DNA of 27,415 bases from a virus (lineage: Duplodnaviria > Heunggongvirae > Uroviricota > Caudoviricetes), in the IMG/VR virus record IMGVR_UViG_2681813230_000002, positions 1-27,415 of that record; one strand, 5' to 3'. Within the stretch, counting starts at the first letter, position 1; each line of letters opens with the position of its first letter. Position numbers and translations under genes: made by a program. A model generated the notes under the pieces. That model was not told the DNA's origin. It was given only the letters and a program-made list of their open reading frames with translations, and did no database searches. Shown piece by piece: positions 8,687-17,270 of this stretch.

Positions 8687-8947
8687 GAAAAAGATGCAAA
8701 AATACTATCTATGACGTGACTATAGCTACTTACCCACAGTTTATACAAGCCAAAAATGCTAAATTCAGATAATCCTATTCGCTGAAAAACTACACAAAAG
8801 CTACGTTCATCTTGTCATTAGATAACGTCAGTAACTTTCACTGGATCTAAGCCATTGGTGAAAAAGCTAATTGCATGATGAAGCACTGTAATGTAGCAGT
8901 TGAGGTTGTTAAATGAGAATCACCCTAACAATGTCAACGGACATTAT

Positions 8948-9484
8948 TCATTTTCGTAACTTCTCAATCTCTCGTATACCCGCCAGGTTATTGTTGCCCT
9001 TCTCAATAACAGCCAGCAAAGGTTCAATCCAGAGGACGGCCTGGCAATACGTCATTGAGCTGGCGGCAGCGGTACTATCATCGGTTGCGTTAGTGTTCCC
9101 GGTATCGGGGTGCATTGCGCTGGCACGTAAACGGTACGCGTATTTGAGCAGCCCACCAGCGACATCAGCAGGAACAGGCAGATCACAGGTCTTTTCACGT
9201 CGGAGAATCTCCCGGTATTCGATGACAGTTTTCTCAGTACCGGCATCGATCAGCGAGTTAAGGCGGTTGGCGTTCTCTGCTATCTGGTTAAACCGATTGA
9301 AGTTGAAAGCCTGTGTAGTTATCACCGTCGCCTGCAGCGCGTTATCATTACGTAATACCCGATTCTCACTCTGTTCTGTTTCAAGAGCTGAGCGGCTACG
9401 AACCAGTAATACGCTAAGCACTGCAATAATGATTACGACAGCCACCAGCAGAACCGCAACAATCGTAATTTTTCTGGGTTTCAT
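8948..9484 (-). CDS. Rz-like i-spanin
   Basis: 178 aa, N-terminal TM segment (ITIVAVLLVAVVIIIAVLSVLLV) then coiled-coil periplasmic domain; directly downstream of endolysin with 1-nt overlap. Confidence 0.7.
   Translation of the reverse strand: MKPRKITIVAVLLVAVVIIIAVLSVLLVRSRSALETEQSENRVLRNDNALQATVITTQAFNFNRFNQIAENANRLNSLIDAGTEKTVIEYREILRREKTCDLPVPADVAGGLLKYAYRLRASAMHPDTGNTNATDDSTAAASSMTYCQAVLWIEPLLAVIEKGNNNLAGIREIEKLRK
9052..9246 (-). CDS. Rz1-like o-spanin (lipoprotein), embedded in Rz in another frame
   Basis: Lipobox-like LMSLVGCSN followed by Pro-rich C-terminus (PIPGTLTQPMIVPLPP); true start may be internal to the track ORF. Confidence 0.55.
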   Translation of the reverse strand: MPVLRKLSSNTGRFSDVKRPVICLFLLMSLVGCSNTRTVYVPAQCTPIPGTLTQPMIVPLPPAQ

Positions 9485-10056
9485 CAGAATACCCCCGGAA
9501 CTGATACCGGAATGCCTGGGTTAAGCGGCCCGAGCCCATCACCAAGAACCTGAGGTTTTTCTGCCCACAGGCAAACTTCACGCTCAATCTCACGCCGGGT
9601 AATCAACCCTTTCCATTGCTTACCACCGGCATATGTCCATCGACGAAGCTGATCACATGCGCCTTTGATATCACCCTGGTTTATTTTGTAGAGAAGAGTG
9701 GAGGTTTTGAAATTGCCAGCACCGACGTTGTAGACAAACGAGTAAAGAGCGCCCCGAGTAGTTTCAGGGATCGGAACCTTGATGTACGGATTAATCTGCT
9801 GCGCTACGGTGGTGAGGTCTTTATTAAGTAACGCTCGACACTCTGCTTTGGTGTAGGTCTTGCCGAGGATAATATCTTTACCAGTATGGCCCCAGCATAC
9901 AGTCCACACTCCAACAACATCCCGATAAGGCTGATAGCGTACACCTTCAAGGCCATCATTACCCGTTGGGCCAGTAATCAACGCCGCAGCGATAGCAATA
10001 GCGCCAGCGGGTATCGCTGCAATAACGCTATTCTTCAGCTTTGGTGACATTGCCAT
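9484..10056 (-). CDS. SAR endolysin (GH24 T4-type lysozyme)
   Basis: 190 aa; N-terminal weakly hydrophobic Gly/Ala-rich SAR-like segment ([16 protein letters not shown]); catalytic-region motif [25 protein letters not shown]. Confidence 0.8.
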   Translation of the reverse strand: MAMSPKLKNSVIAAIPAGAIAIAAALITGPTGNDGLEGVRYQPYRDVVGVWTVCWGHTGKDIILGKTYTKAECRALLNKDLTTVAQQINPYIKVPIPETTRGALYSFVYNVGAGNFKTSTLLYKINQGDIKGACDQLRRWTYAGGKQWKGLITRREIEREVCLWAEKPQVLGDGLGPLNPGIPVSVPGVF

Positions 10057-10306
10057 TAAGCCGGTCCTCCCTTTCCTTTTTCCTGTAATACCAATTCACT
10101 GCACAGGTGATTACAGTGCATGCGATACCGACAATAATTGCCCAGTCGCTCAGGCTTAACCCTGCAATTCTGTCGGCCAACATCCAGGACACCTCTTTTG
10201 CTGTTTTAGCTGTTTCGGCATATGCCTTCGCTGATACACCGCAGCCGGTCAGCGTGGTTCCTGTTCCATATGAAAGTCTGCTGTAAATGGTGCTCATTCT
10301 GGTCAT
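10028..10306 (-). CDS. Holin (putative pinholin-type)
   Basis: 92 aa with TM segment [20 protein letters not shown] and charged C-terminus; overlaps endolysin start; first gene of lysis cassette. Confidence 0.55.
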   Translation of the reverse strand: MTRMSTIYSRLSYGTGTTLTGCGVSAKAYAETAKTAKEVSWMLADRIAGLSLSDWAIIVGIACTVITCAVNWYYRKKEREDRLNGNVTKAEE

Positions 10307-10550
10307 AGCCTCACCTCCGATTTTTCGGATGGCGCTGTGCGTGTATGAAAAGGCTCAGGCTTCACGGGCTGGATTTATCAACAAAGCACGTAGCGGATGA
10401 TTCCCGTGAGCCTGAAATGAAAAAGGCCGCCAAGCGGCAGCCAACAGTCGATTCAATACCGGGATATTTATCCACGCCCGGCGCGTGGTTTCCCTGCTTT
10501 CCACAGACAAAGGAAATTGCTAAATTGGTCATTCCACAGACAATTAGGGA

Positions 10551-10967
10551 ATGACCATGGATGTAGGATTACTTATCGCGTCCCTTAAAAACGGGATCGG
10601 CGCGCTTTCTGCTGTGCAAAGTAACGAGGTCCTGCGCGAGCGCATCGCTTTCATTGGAGAGCAGATCGACGTACTTCAAAAAGCCCATGCTGCCACCATA
10701 GCAGAACTTGCCGAGGCGAAAGCCAAGAACGTAGAACTTGAGAAGGAAATAGCGGCTTATCGGGCAAAGGATGAGTTTGTCGAGCACATGGGTGCGGCCT
10801 TTAGAAAAAATCCCGCGGGTGGGTATATCAGCGCGGTTTATTGCCCCAACTGTCTTAAACAGGTCGGTAGCGGGTTCGATGACTTTCCTTACCATTGCGG
10901 CTCCTGCGGCTGGACTTCAAGATTTGAAGGAAGGGAGATTGATAGCGTAATGAAAACCCTCCCTTAA
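10551..10967 (+). CDS. Hypothetical coiled-coil / zinc-ribbon protein (moron, opposite strand to late genes)
   Basis: 138 aa with amphipathic N-terminal helix region and C-terminal CPNC...18 aa...CGSC pair; AGGGAA upstream of ATG; followed by two hairpins. Confidence 0.45.
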   Translation: MTMDVGLLIASLKNGIGALSAVQSNEVLRERIAFIGEQIDVLQKAHAATIAELAEAKAKNVELEKEIAAYRAKDEFVEHMGAAFRKNPAGGYISAVYCPNCLKQVGSGFDDFPYHCGSCGWTSRFEGREIDSVMKTLP

Positions 10968-10973
10968 TGTTAA

Positions 10974-10993
10974 GGCGAGGGTAGCGCCTCGCC
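10974..10993. terminator. GC hairpin (GGCGAGG-GTAGCG-CCTCGCC), possible terminator for the plus-strand gene
   Basis: Perfect 7-bp inverted repeat immediately 3' of stop at 10967; no strong T-run. Confidence 0.35.
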
Positions 10994-11010
10994 GTTACCT
11001 CCAGAAACGC

Positions 11011-11040
11011 AAAAGCCCCACGGTGTTATCCGCGGGGCTT
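11011..11040 (-). terminator. tR'-like intrinsic terminator downstream of putative late promoter
   Basis: About 10-bp GC-rich stem (one mismatch) followed on the minus strand by TTTTG; sits between Q and the lysis genes as lambda tR' does. Confidence 0.45.
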
Positions 11041-11124
11041 GAAACGAAGGCATTAACCCATCGTTGGGATAAAATTAACACAGATTCGGGAAAAGTAAAT
11101 AGCTGGAATTAACTTCCATAGCCG
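11041..11124 (-). promoter_or_regulatory. Putative late promoter pR' / Q-utilisation region
   Basis: Position immediately downstream of Q and upstream of tR'-like hairpin; candidate -35/-10 (TTTACT...TAATTT) by eye only. Confidence 0.3.
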
Positions 11125-11940
11125 TTATCGTGTTATTTGTTTCAGTTGGTTTTCTGCCCATGCCTCTTCAATATCGAATTTCGTAATCAGCTGATCATAG
11201 AACGGTTTAACGGACTTCTTCCACGTATCCAGGCTGATTACATCCGTAATCTGGCAAATAGCTGCGTGGGCCTCAGTTGAAGGAATGCGTTCATATCCAC
11301 GCCCGCCGCAGCGCTTGCAGTCAGTCATAACCGGCACACCCTGTTTCTTCGTTTCCTTCTGGTCTACGGCTTTCCCACGTCCCCGGCAATCATTGCAGGC
11401 ACAACTGACAACCTTCTTCCCCTTGCAGTTCGAGCACAGCACTCGAACCACCTCTCGAACCTGTCGTTTAACCTCGAAATCACTCGGTGACTGACCAAGC
11501 TCTTTCGCCCATTGAGGAATCCTCATTGAATAATGAGATTTCATTGTGAACACGTCGGCCTCAATAAATCCCTGCCCGCTGCAACAATCACACTGCTTAA
11601 CGCTCGCAGCGCTGCGGGAGTAATCTTCAAAAGCGAAGGTGGCCAACTGGTGCATCACCTTAGGCTTAACCCCGGAATCCAACTTACGCAGTGCGGCAAC
11701 CTTGTCACATTTGGTCATCGCATACTCAGCCAGCAGTCCGATCGCTCGCTCGCGATCGTAATCGCTGATATCCATCTTACCGAGGAATGCACTGAACCCG
11801 AGATCAGCCCGGCTCTGTGTCATTCCGATCGCCGCCATAATGTCAGTGCCGGTTAATGAGTCAGATGCGGTTGCACGTGGAGCGTCGCTAATCATCGTTG
11901 ACTTCGCGAAGTGGTATTTCACTGTGTTTTCGAGATTCAT
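11125..11940 (-). CDS. Q: Late gene antiterminator Q
   Basis: 271 aa with multiple Cys clusters (CDCCSGQG, CSNCKGK, CACNDCRGRG, CKRCGGRG) typical of lambdoid Q proteins; located between nin genes and lysis cassette. Confidence 0.8.
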   Translation of the reverse strand: MNLENTVKYHFAKSTMISDAPRATASDSLTGTDIMAAIGMTQSRADLGFSAFLGKMDISDYDRERAIGLLAEYAMTKCDKVAALRKLDSGVKPKVMHQLATFAFEDYSRSAASVKQCDCCSGQGFIEADVFTMKSHYSMRIPQWAKELGQSPSDFEVKRQVREVVRVLCSNCKGKKVVSCACNDCRGRGKAVDQKETKKQGVPVMTDCKRCGGRGYERIPSTEAHAAICQITDVISLDTWKKSVKPFYDQLITKFDIEEAWAENQLKQITR

Positions 11941-12083
11941 GCTTCTGCTCCTGATGGTTTATAGCGGCTGATGTAATTGCGTAAAATTCGGTAGTCCGTA
12001 GCAAATGAACCCGGGTGACGATAGATGCGTAACCGAGTCCATCGCAGACGAAGATGATCAGCAAAGTAGGATTCGAATGTCAT
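11937..12083 (-). CDS. YlcG-like small protein (48 aa), not in ORF track
   Basis: Hand translation [48 protein letters not shown]; ATGA overlaps with rusA stop and Q start; DLP12 has ylcG in the same position. Confidence 0.4.
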   Translation of the reverse strand: MTFESYFADHLRLRWTRLRIYRHPGSFATDYRILRNYISRYKPSGAEA

Positions 12084-12442
12084 GCGGACTCCAGTTCAGT
12101 AATGGTCAGTTCAAGTCTGCCGCCTTTGACGACCGGCATTCTCTTCACGCTGTAGTAGTCGACTTGTTGGTCATCGAGCCAGAACCCGGATTTCGTCAGG
12201 GCGTCGAACGCGGCCTTTTGCAGATTGTCCAGGTCGCGGCGGCGGCGATCCGGCATATGGCACTCAATGCGTATTTTCACGGGTGTAGCCAGGCCGATAT
12301 CCAGCATTGAGTCTTTGATGATTCTGGCGACACTGTCGCGGTACGCCTGCCCCTCTGTGCTGATGTGCGTGCGCCCGCGGTTATGCCGGTAGTAGCGGTT
12401 GTTGCTCGGCGGCCACGGGAGGCTAATGCGGTATTCATTCAT
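12080..12442 (-). CDS. rusA: Holliday junction resolvase RusA
   Basis: 120 aa; sequence ...[19 protein letters not shown]...[28 protein letters not shown]... matches RusA as I recall it. Confidence 0.9.
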   Translation of the reverse strand: MNEYRISLPWPPSNNRYYRHNRGRTHISTEGQAYRDSVARIIKDSMLDIGLATPVKIRIECHMPDRRRRDLDNLQKAAFDALTKSGFWLDDQQVDYYSVKRMPVVKGGRLELTITELESA

Positions 12443-12729
12443 GCTTTCACGAGCCCCTCTTTAAGCCAGATGACCTGCGTGCGAGCCATGCCTTCCAGCG
12501 CGCACTCCTTTGCAAATTCCGCATCGACCAGACGGGTGCGGCGATCAATCTCGTCGTGGCAACTGCTGCATGCGATGGTGGCGATCAGGTCAGGCGGCTT
12601 GATTCCGGTCCCGCAGAGGCCAGCAATACGGATGTGGGCCAGTACCGAGGTTTCAGCGTTGCCGTTGCATACGCCGGGGATCCGCACCTGACATTCGCGG
12701 CCGCGTGCGGCCTTGCATAAATTAGCCAT
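12439..12729 (-). CDS. ybcO: YbcO-like protein (DUF1364, putative nuclease)
   Basis: 96 aa; [24 protein letters not shown]...[16 protein letters not shown]... closely matches recalled DLP12 YbcO. Confidence 0.85.
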   Translation of the reverse strand: MANLCKAARGRECQVRIPGVCNGNAETSVLAHIRIAGLCGTGIKPPDLIATIACSSCHDEIDRRTRLVDAEFAKECALEGMARTQVIWLKEGLVKA

Positions 12730-12892
12730 GTGACCTCCGCGCTTTCAGGCGATCCCATTTCACCTGGGTCAGTCGCGCGGTGTAGCCGAGCAGTGATGGG
12801 ATTTCGGATGGCTTGAGTTCAGGCTTGCGCTTAGTGCGTGTCCGGACCCGGTAGATTTCGTTGGTGATGATGCGAGCGAGAGGGCTAGCCAT
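12722..12892 (-). CDS. ninE: NinE-like protein (56 aa), not in ORF track
   Basis: Hand translation [56 protein letters not shown]; coupled between ninB stop and ybcO start; pattern resembles lambda NinE. Confidence 0.55.
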   Translation of the reverse strand: MASPLARIITNEIYRVRTRTKRKPELKPSEIPSLLGYTARLTQVKWDRLKARRSHG

Positions 12893-13329
12893 TACGCAAC
12901 CCTCCCGAAGTAATCACCTGAGTAGCGAACTTCACGGAGTTGCACGCCGTTTTGCACAGCAAATGCCTGGCTGTATTCGATGAGACTGGTCATGCGACGG
13001 ATGCCCATCTTCGCAGTGCTTTCCCGGATGGCGCAGAACTCCCCTTCCAGACCCGGCACCACTTCACCAGGCTTACCGGTGGCAATGGCATGGCCTGAGA
13101 CATACAGGACTTTCCATGAAGCGAGGTCGCGCGACTTGCCAGCCCATTGCAATTGCTTCGCTGTATCGCCACAGAGAGCGTGGAAGAGGTCGTTTTGGGC
13201 GAGAGTGCGGTCAGCCTCAGAAAACTTCACCACGAGCGGCAGAGCGTCGTTAACAGGCAGCTTCCTGATGTAGTCGATGAGGTTATCGCGAACGCGTTCG
13301 TCGCGGAGGTAGAAAACAGGCTGTTTCAT
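12892..13329 (-). CDS. ninB: Recombination protein NinB
   Basis: Motifs DRTLAQNDLFHALCGD and VPGLEGEF resemble lambda NinB/Orf; start moved to ATG at 13329 (GGAGGTG SD upstream) instead of 13377. Confidence 0.8.
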   Translation of the reverse strand: MKQPVFYLRDERVRDNLIDYIRKLPVNDALPLVVKFSEADRTLAQNDLFHALCGDTAKQLQWAGKSRDLASWKVLYVSGHAIATGKPGEVVPGLEGEFCAIRESTAKMGIRRMTSLIEYSQAFAVQNGVQLREVRYSGDYFGRVA

Positions 13330-13532
13330 ACGCCACCTCCGAGAGGTAACGCAGAATACAGAAAATCGCAGGTGCATTTCTGCATCTGTGACAAGGTGAG
13401 AAGTTCATATTGTGGTCGCATTTAAGTCCCCTTAAATGCGCAGAAGTCACAATCGGGTGTTCAGGCCGACTGCGACTTAATTATGGCGGGATGATTTGAG
13501 AAAATCAATTTGCGAATAGCGACAATATATAG

Positions 13533-13730
13533 TTAAGGAATCCAGCCTTCGCCGCAATTTCCTGTCTCTCTCATCCACTCATGACCGCATTCCGAGCATT
13601 TGTAATAACGCTCGTTTGCTTCGCGTCCGTGATGGCTGAAGTTAACGGATTTATCGCCTTGCAAGACCATGCATGGAAGAGGCGGGTCCCTTCGTCCAAG
13701 GGGTTGTTTGTTACATACTTCACAAGTCAT
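13533..13730 (-). CDS. Small zinc-finger protein (two CxxC pairs)
   Basis: 65 aa, CEVC...CSEC; AT-rich upstream region; no family recognised. Confidence 0.35.
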   Translation of the reverse strand: MTCEVCNKQPLGRRDPPLPCMVLQGDKSVNFSHHGREANERYYKCSECGHEWMRETGNCGEGWIP

Positions 13731-13848
13731 AAATCCCGGACCTCACACGTCATTCGCCTGTAAAAAATCATTATACCAAGAAAGATTTGGTTAAGATGCG
13801 AGCGGAATGTAAAACATGTGTATAGCTATTAAATCGGTCCTTGGCGAT

Positions 13849-14136
13849 TTATTTTTTAGCGTCAAACCCCACATGATGGGACGCAACTTCAGTAAATTTA
13901 CGAACAACATCCATGGCGAAATCACCTCTCTCAGCAATCTTCCAGACCCAATGTACCACCTGCTCTGCGTTCGTTAGGTGGGAAAGAGGAATTGAGTAAA
14001 CCTGTCCATGGATGTCAATCACCTCAAGCTCATCGAGGCACACCTTAACAAGATCATCAAGCTCCCTTTCTCTTTCAAGAATCGTTGTGATGCTCATGCT
14101 ATTTTCCATTTGAATCTCCTGAAATTTATTTTGCAT
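13849..14136 (-). CDS. Hypothetical protein
   Basis: 95-aa ORF in same-strand gene array; overlaps neighbour by 11 nt. Confidence 0.4.
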   Translation of the reverse strand: MQNKFQEIQMENSMSITTILERERELDDLVKVCLDELEVIDIHGQVYSIPLSHLTNAEQVVHWVWKIAERGDFAMDVVRKFTEVASHHVGFDAKK

Positions 14137-14380
14137 TTTGCTCAGTCATTTCAATGTAGCGAGGATCAGATGCCTTAGGCAATGCAACGCTCTGCTCGCG
14201 ATAGTGCCGCACGCGATCCATGAAATACTCTCGTAGATGCTCTGGTTGCTCACGAGCTACCTGCTCGGCGATAACCGGCATATTCAGGCGCTCTTTGTAG
14301 GCCACGCCGGAGGCTGCCAGGTCAACATTAACCTTGTCGCGTTCTTCCTGCGGCTTTGCAGCAATATTCCAGTCAGACAT
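14126..14380 (-). CDS. Hypothetical protein
   Basis: 84-aa ORF, translationally coupled to neighbours. Confidence 0.4.
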   Translation of the reverse strand: MSDWNIAAKPQEERDKVNVDLAASGVAYKERLNMPVIAEQVAREQPEHLREYFMDRVRHYREQSVALPKASDPRYIEMTEQNAK

Positions 14381-14724
14381 TAGTCAGCAGTTCTCCCGCG
14401 CCAGCGTTTGTTACTTTCTGAGATTCTATCCGTATCGACGGACTCGACCTCCCCTTCGGAAAATCTAATGGCATTTGCTTTATTTAGTGCTGCCCTGGCT
14501 GCTTGTTCCGCCTTACTGAAATGTACCTTCTTCCGCCCCTTAAAACTGCCTACGCGGATTTTGGAAGAGGTCTGCGTCTTGTACTTGCTGATCCGTAACT
14601 GTGCGGCCAAATGGGCTTTTGCCTCGGTCCGGTTCGCAGGCTTCTTCTTGACCAATTCAAGGTCTAATTTGTATTGCTGCTCAGCATTTAGCTTCTTGGG
14701 CTTCATGGCGTCACTCTCAAACAA
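14380..14724 (-). CDS. Hypothetical basic protein
   Basis: 114-aa Lys/Arg-rich ORF in early-right gene array. Confidence 0.4.
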   Translation of the reverse strand: MFESDAMKPKKLNAEQQYKLDLELVKKKPANRTEAKAHLAAQLRISKYKTQTSSKIRVGSFKGRKKVHFSKAEQAARAALNKANAIRFSEGEVESVDTDRISESNKRWRGRTAD

Positions 14725-14799
14725 AGTCCGTTTATCATAGAATAAAAGGCCCCTAAGGGCCTTGATTTATATCTATGGTAACTCTCGTCATCTTGTTCG

Positions 14800-15468
14800 T
14801 CACTTCACCTCCTGCCGCGGTGCTGCTGGTGCAGCGGCGAGCATTTTCGAGTAGCAATGCACTGTATTCAGCCAGAACCCAACCACCGATTGCCCCGCAC
14901 GCAACATATCTTTTGTTGGGTCAATCGGAACGAGTTTCCATCCATTAGGAATGGAGGAGGTATTAACGCTTTCCCCCTGAAGCGCGGCAGCGGCTCGCTC
15001 CAAAAGCTCAGGTGATTTGATCTCTCCTTTTTCTCGAAGATATTTAGCTCTACCAGTAAGCATGCAAATAAAATCATCTGGCAATTTGTAAGCCGTCGTT
15101 ACAGGTTCAACCATATTGTTGGAGTCACCGGTATGGTTGGTTATCGCTTCCTGAAAGCGTTCAAGCTCCACGTACTCCTGGCATGACCAACCGCCATCAA
15201 TGAAATCACGAGCTTCAACAGCGTCGAAAGTGAATGATGTTTCGCTGCCAGTTGGTGAGGTTAAGCCGTACAGGTCTGCTACCGGCTTAAACTGTGTGGC
15301 TGTTATGGTGCCCTCATTGGCGAGGGTACCATCCGCTTCGAGCGATGCCAGAGCGATACGCGCCAGTTCAAGATCCATTTGCGCTTTTTCTGACTCCGGA
15401 AATCTTGATGCGACAGAAATTCTGTGCTGAAGCTTTTCGATTAACTGCTCTTTGGTGAAGGTGCTCAT
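14800..15468 (-). CDS. Hypothetical protein
   Basis: 222-aa ORF with protein-like composition; no family recognised. Confidence 0.5.
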   Translation of the reverse strand: MSTFTKEQLIEKLQHRISVASRFPESEKAQMDLELARIALASLEADGTLANEGTITATQFKPVADLYGLTSPTGSETSFTFDAVEARDFIDGGWSCQEYVELERFQEAITNHTGDSNNMVEPVTTAYKLPDDFICMLTGRAKYLREKGEIKSPELLERAAAALQGESVNTSSIPNGWKLVPIDPTKDMLRAGQSVVGFWLNTVHCYSKMLAAAPAAPRQEVK

Positions 15469-15478
15469 GGGTTAGTCC

Positions 15479-15673
15479 TCAGTATCCAGAGTACGCGCGG
15501 AGTGATGCTATTCTCGCGGTGATATCATTGATGATTTCTTCTACCACCACTGCGTGCTCATGCTCATCACGCAAGACGTCAAGGGCGCTGTCTATTTCAC
15601 GGAGCATAGCCTGCTGCCATTCAATATCTTCTGATTCCGGGATTTCGTATTTCATACTCACTCTCCTTTTCAC
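15479..15673 (-). CDS. Hypothetical small acidic protein
   Basis: 64-aa ORF; ATGA overlap with upstream Ead-like gene. Confidence 0.35.
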   Translation of the reverse strand: MKRRVSMKYEIPESEDIEWQQAMLREIDSALDVLRDEHEHAVVVEEIINDITARIASLRAYSGY

Positions 15674-16044
15674 TGCTGCCCATACGCTTGGATGGCTTTC
15701 TCAAATCCTGCTTGATCATCTGTCTGACCGTAACTAAAACCATGCTGGAGACCATGACGGAACGCGCTATCATGCAATTTGTCAGTGGCTTGGAGTTTCG
15801 CCTCCAGCTCAGCGTTGCGCCTGTCTTTGGATTCCAGCTCATCCAGCAGCGCCAGCACGGTGGCGGGGTTGGCTGCGGCGATAAATGCAGCATCACGCGC
15901 TTCGTTTTCACTGAATACCATGGCTATTTGCTCATGGTTCACGCCGTCAGTGGAGTAAATCTCATCGTCGAACTCAACAGCCCACCGGCCTTTCGTCGCC
16001 TTCTCCGCTGCTTCCCGTAATCCACGTTTGTCGATGTTGCTCAT
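15670..16044 (-). CDS. Ead/Ea22-like family protein
   Basis: Motif AANPATVLALLDELE characteristic of Ead/Ea22-like proteins. Confidence 0.6.
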   Translation of the reverse strand: MSNIDKRGLREAAEKATKGRWAVEFDDEIYSTDGVNHEQIAMVFSENEARDAAFIAAANPATVLALLDELESKDRRNAELEAKLQATDKLHDSAFRHGLQHGFSYGQTDDQAGFEKAIQAYGQQ

Positions 16045-16238
16045 TGGGCGGCCTCCTCCATGGCTGGGTCTGCTGGTAAAGTCATGTGCGGCACTTCAAT
16101 CAGTTCTGCCCGAGCATCAGCCGTGTTAAGCGCCATTAATGCGACGATCCGCTTCTGCTCAGCATCCATTCGTAACGCTACTGTCTTGCCGTTCATATTG
16201 AAGAACACCGCAACGTTTTTGATATCTTCGATTTTCAT
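16041..16238 (-). CDS. Hypothetical protein
   Basis: 65 aa from ATG at 16238 (MKIEDIKNV...), ATGA overlap with ren stop; track ORF start at 16295 looks like an extension. Confidence 0.4.
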   Translation of the reverse strand: MKIEDIKNVAVFFNMNGKTVALRMDAEQKRIVALMALNTADARAELIEVPHMTLPADPAMEEAAQ

Positions 16239-16579
16239 ACCCCTACCCTCCCCCAAACCATCAATACCCTTCTCATCGCCGCGCTGTTGCGGCACTCCTG
16301 GCAGATCACGTTTGTGTCCGTCCGCTGAATTAACTTCGACTTACCCTGCTTCATGCCAGGTATCGTGTCAGGGGCGAAGCGCATTCCGTAGCTGGTCAGG
16401 CTGTAAAGGCGCTGGCCGTATTTTCCTTCGCAGCGGATCAGGCCGTCTGCCAGCAGCGTGCTCACCGTTCCGGATATCTTTTTGGTGTCCATGCCGATAA
16501 GCCCTGCCAGTTTGGCGTTGTTCAACCCTGGGTTGTTGCGCAGGGCTGCCAGCACCTGCTCACGGATTGTTATGTTCAT
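16235..16579 (-). CDS. ren: Ren-like protein (Rex exclusion escape)
   Basis: C-terminus ...NVICQECRNSAAMRRVLMVWG resembles lambda Ren (...KECRQSAAMKRVLAVYG); immediately downstream of P; start at 16579 (ATGA with P stop), track ORF N-terminal extension rejected. Confidence 0.65.
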   Translation of the reverse strand: MNITIREQVLAALRNNPGLNNAKLAGLIGMDTKKISGTVSTLLADGLIRCEGKYGQRLYSLTSYGMRFAPDTIPGMKQGKSKLIQRTDTNVICQECRNSAAMRRVLMVWGRVGV

Positions 16580-16580
16580 G

Positions 16581-17270
16581 TCACACCATCCCGTTCGACT
16601 TGTTGCGGTTGTACTTGGCCAGCAGCAGCTGGATCGGCGTCGGCCCTTGCTCGGCAGCTGGTGCGGCAATAGCCCGGCGTACCGGCGGCACTGGCTTACC
16701 CTCGGTGACGCGCCTTTCCCACATGTCCAGCAGATCGCCTGCCTCGCGTGCCAGTTCACCATGCGTTAACTGGCGCTCGGTGCTGCGGTGGCGCAATTCT
16801 ACGCAAATGTGGTACATGACCGGCTGCGACCATGGAAATTGCTCGCTGGAGATGAATTCGAACGAGCGGTTACGCCAGTCCCAGTATTCGGCGATCACCT
16901 GGTCAACGTTGACGCCCAGCGCGCCGCCGCTCTGCTTGCACCAGGCGACGAACTGGCCCGGCGACGGCAGGAATGGGCGCTCCTGGCGGCGGGCAATGCG
17001 CATGCCGGCATCGACCTGAGCCATGGTGTGGATCCCGTTCTCCTGAAACGCCAGCAGCCACTGACGGCGGAATTCGTTCAGGTCTTCCTGGGTGCGGAAG
17101 TTCGCCATGCTGGCCGGGAACGCGGCGCGCAGCTCGTTGAACAGCTTGTTGAATACCTGCGCCACCTGCTCGACCGGCGCGCACTCCTGGTACTGCTCTG
17201 GCAGGTTATGGGCCATGCGGCTCATCTGCTCGCGGTCGTGGTTACGCATCTGCTCTGCAAGAGATTTCAT
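16581..17270 (-). CDS. P: Replication protein P (DnaB helicase loader)
   Basis: 229 aa; near-collinear with recalled lambda P (MKNIAAQMVNFDREQMRRIANNMPEQY... versus MKSLAEQMRNHDREQMSRMAHNLPEQY...; ...RPFLPSPGQFVAWC... identical block). Confidence 0.9.
   Translation of the reverse strand: MKSLAEQMRNHDREQMSRMAHNLPEQYQECAPVEQVAQVFNKLFNELRAAFPASMANFRTQEDLNEFRRQWLLAFQENGIHTMAQVDAGMRIARRQERPFLPSPGQFVAWCKQSGGALGVNVDQVIAEYWDWRNRSFEFISSEQFPWSQPVMYHICVELRHRSTERQLTHGELAREAGDLLDMWERRVTEGKPVPPVRRAIAAPAAEQGPTPIQLLLAKYNRNKSNGMV

Noticed and set aside
8913-9524. 203-aa plus-strand ORF
   Set aside because: Entirely antisense to the Rz and endolysin genes; low-complexity Ser/Thr/Arg-rich translation with no start-site signals; typical shadow ORF
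10345-10554. 69-aa plus-strand ORF upstream of the zinc-ribbon gene
   Set aside because: Weak ribosome-binding context and overlaps the expected late-gene leader; not listed as a feature although ATGA coupling leaves it possible
10569-10895. 108-aa minus-strand ORF between Q and holin
   Set aside because: Antisense to the more protein-like zinc-ribbon ORF; hydrophobic low-complexity translation; kept only as an alternative to be resolved by expression data
16580-16762. N-terminal extension of the ren ORF (track ORF 16235-16762)
   Set aside because: Overlaps the 3' end of P; Cys/Arg/Ser-rich translation; ATG at 16579 gives ATGA coupling with the P stop and matches Ren length
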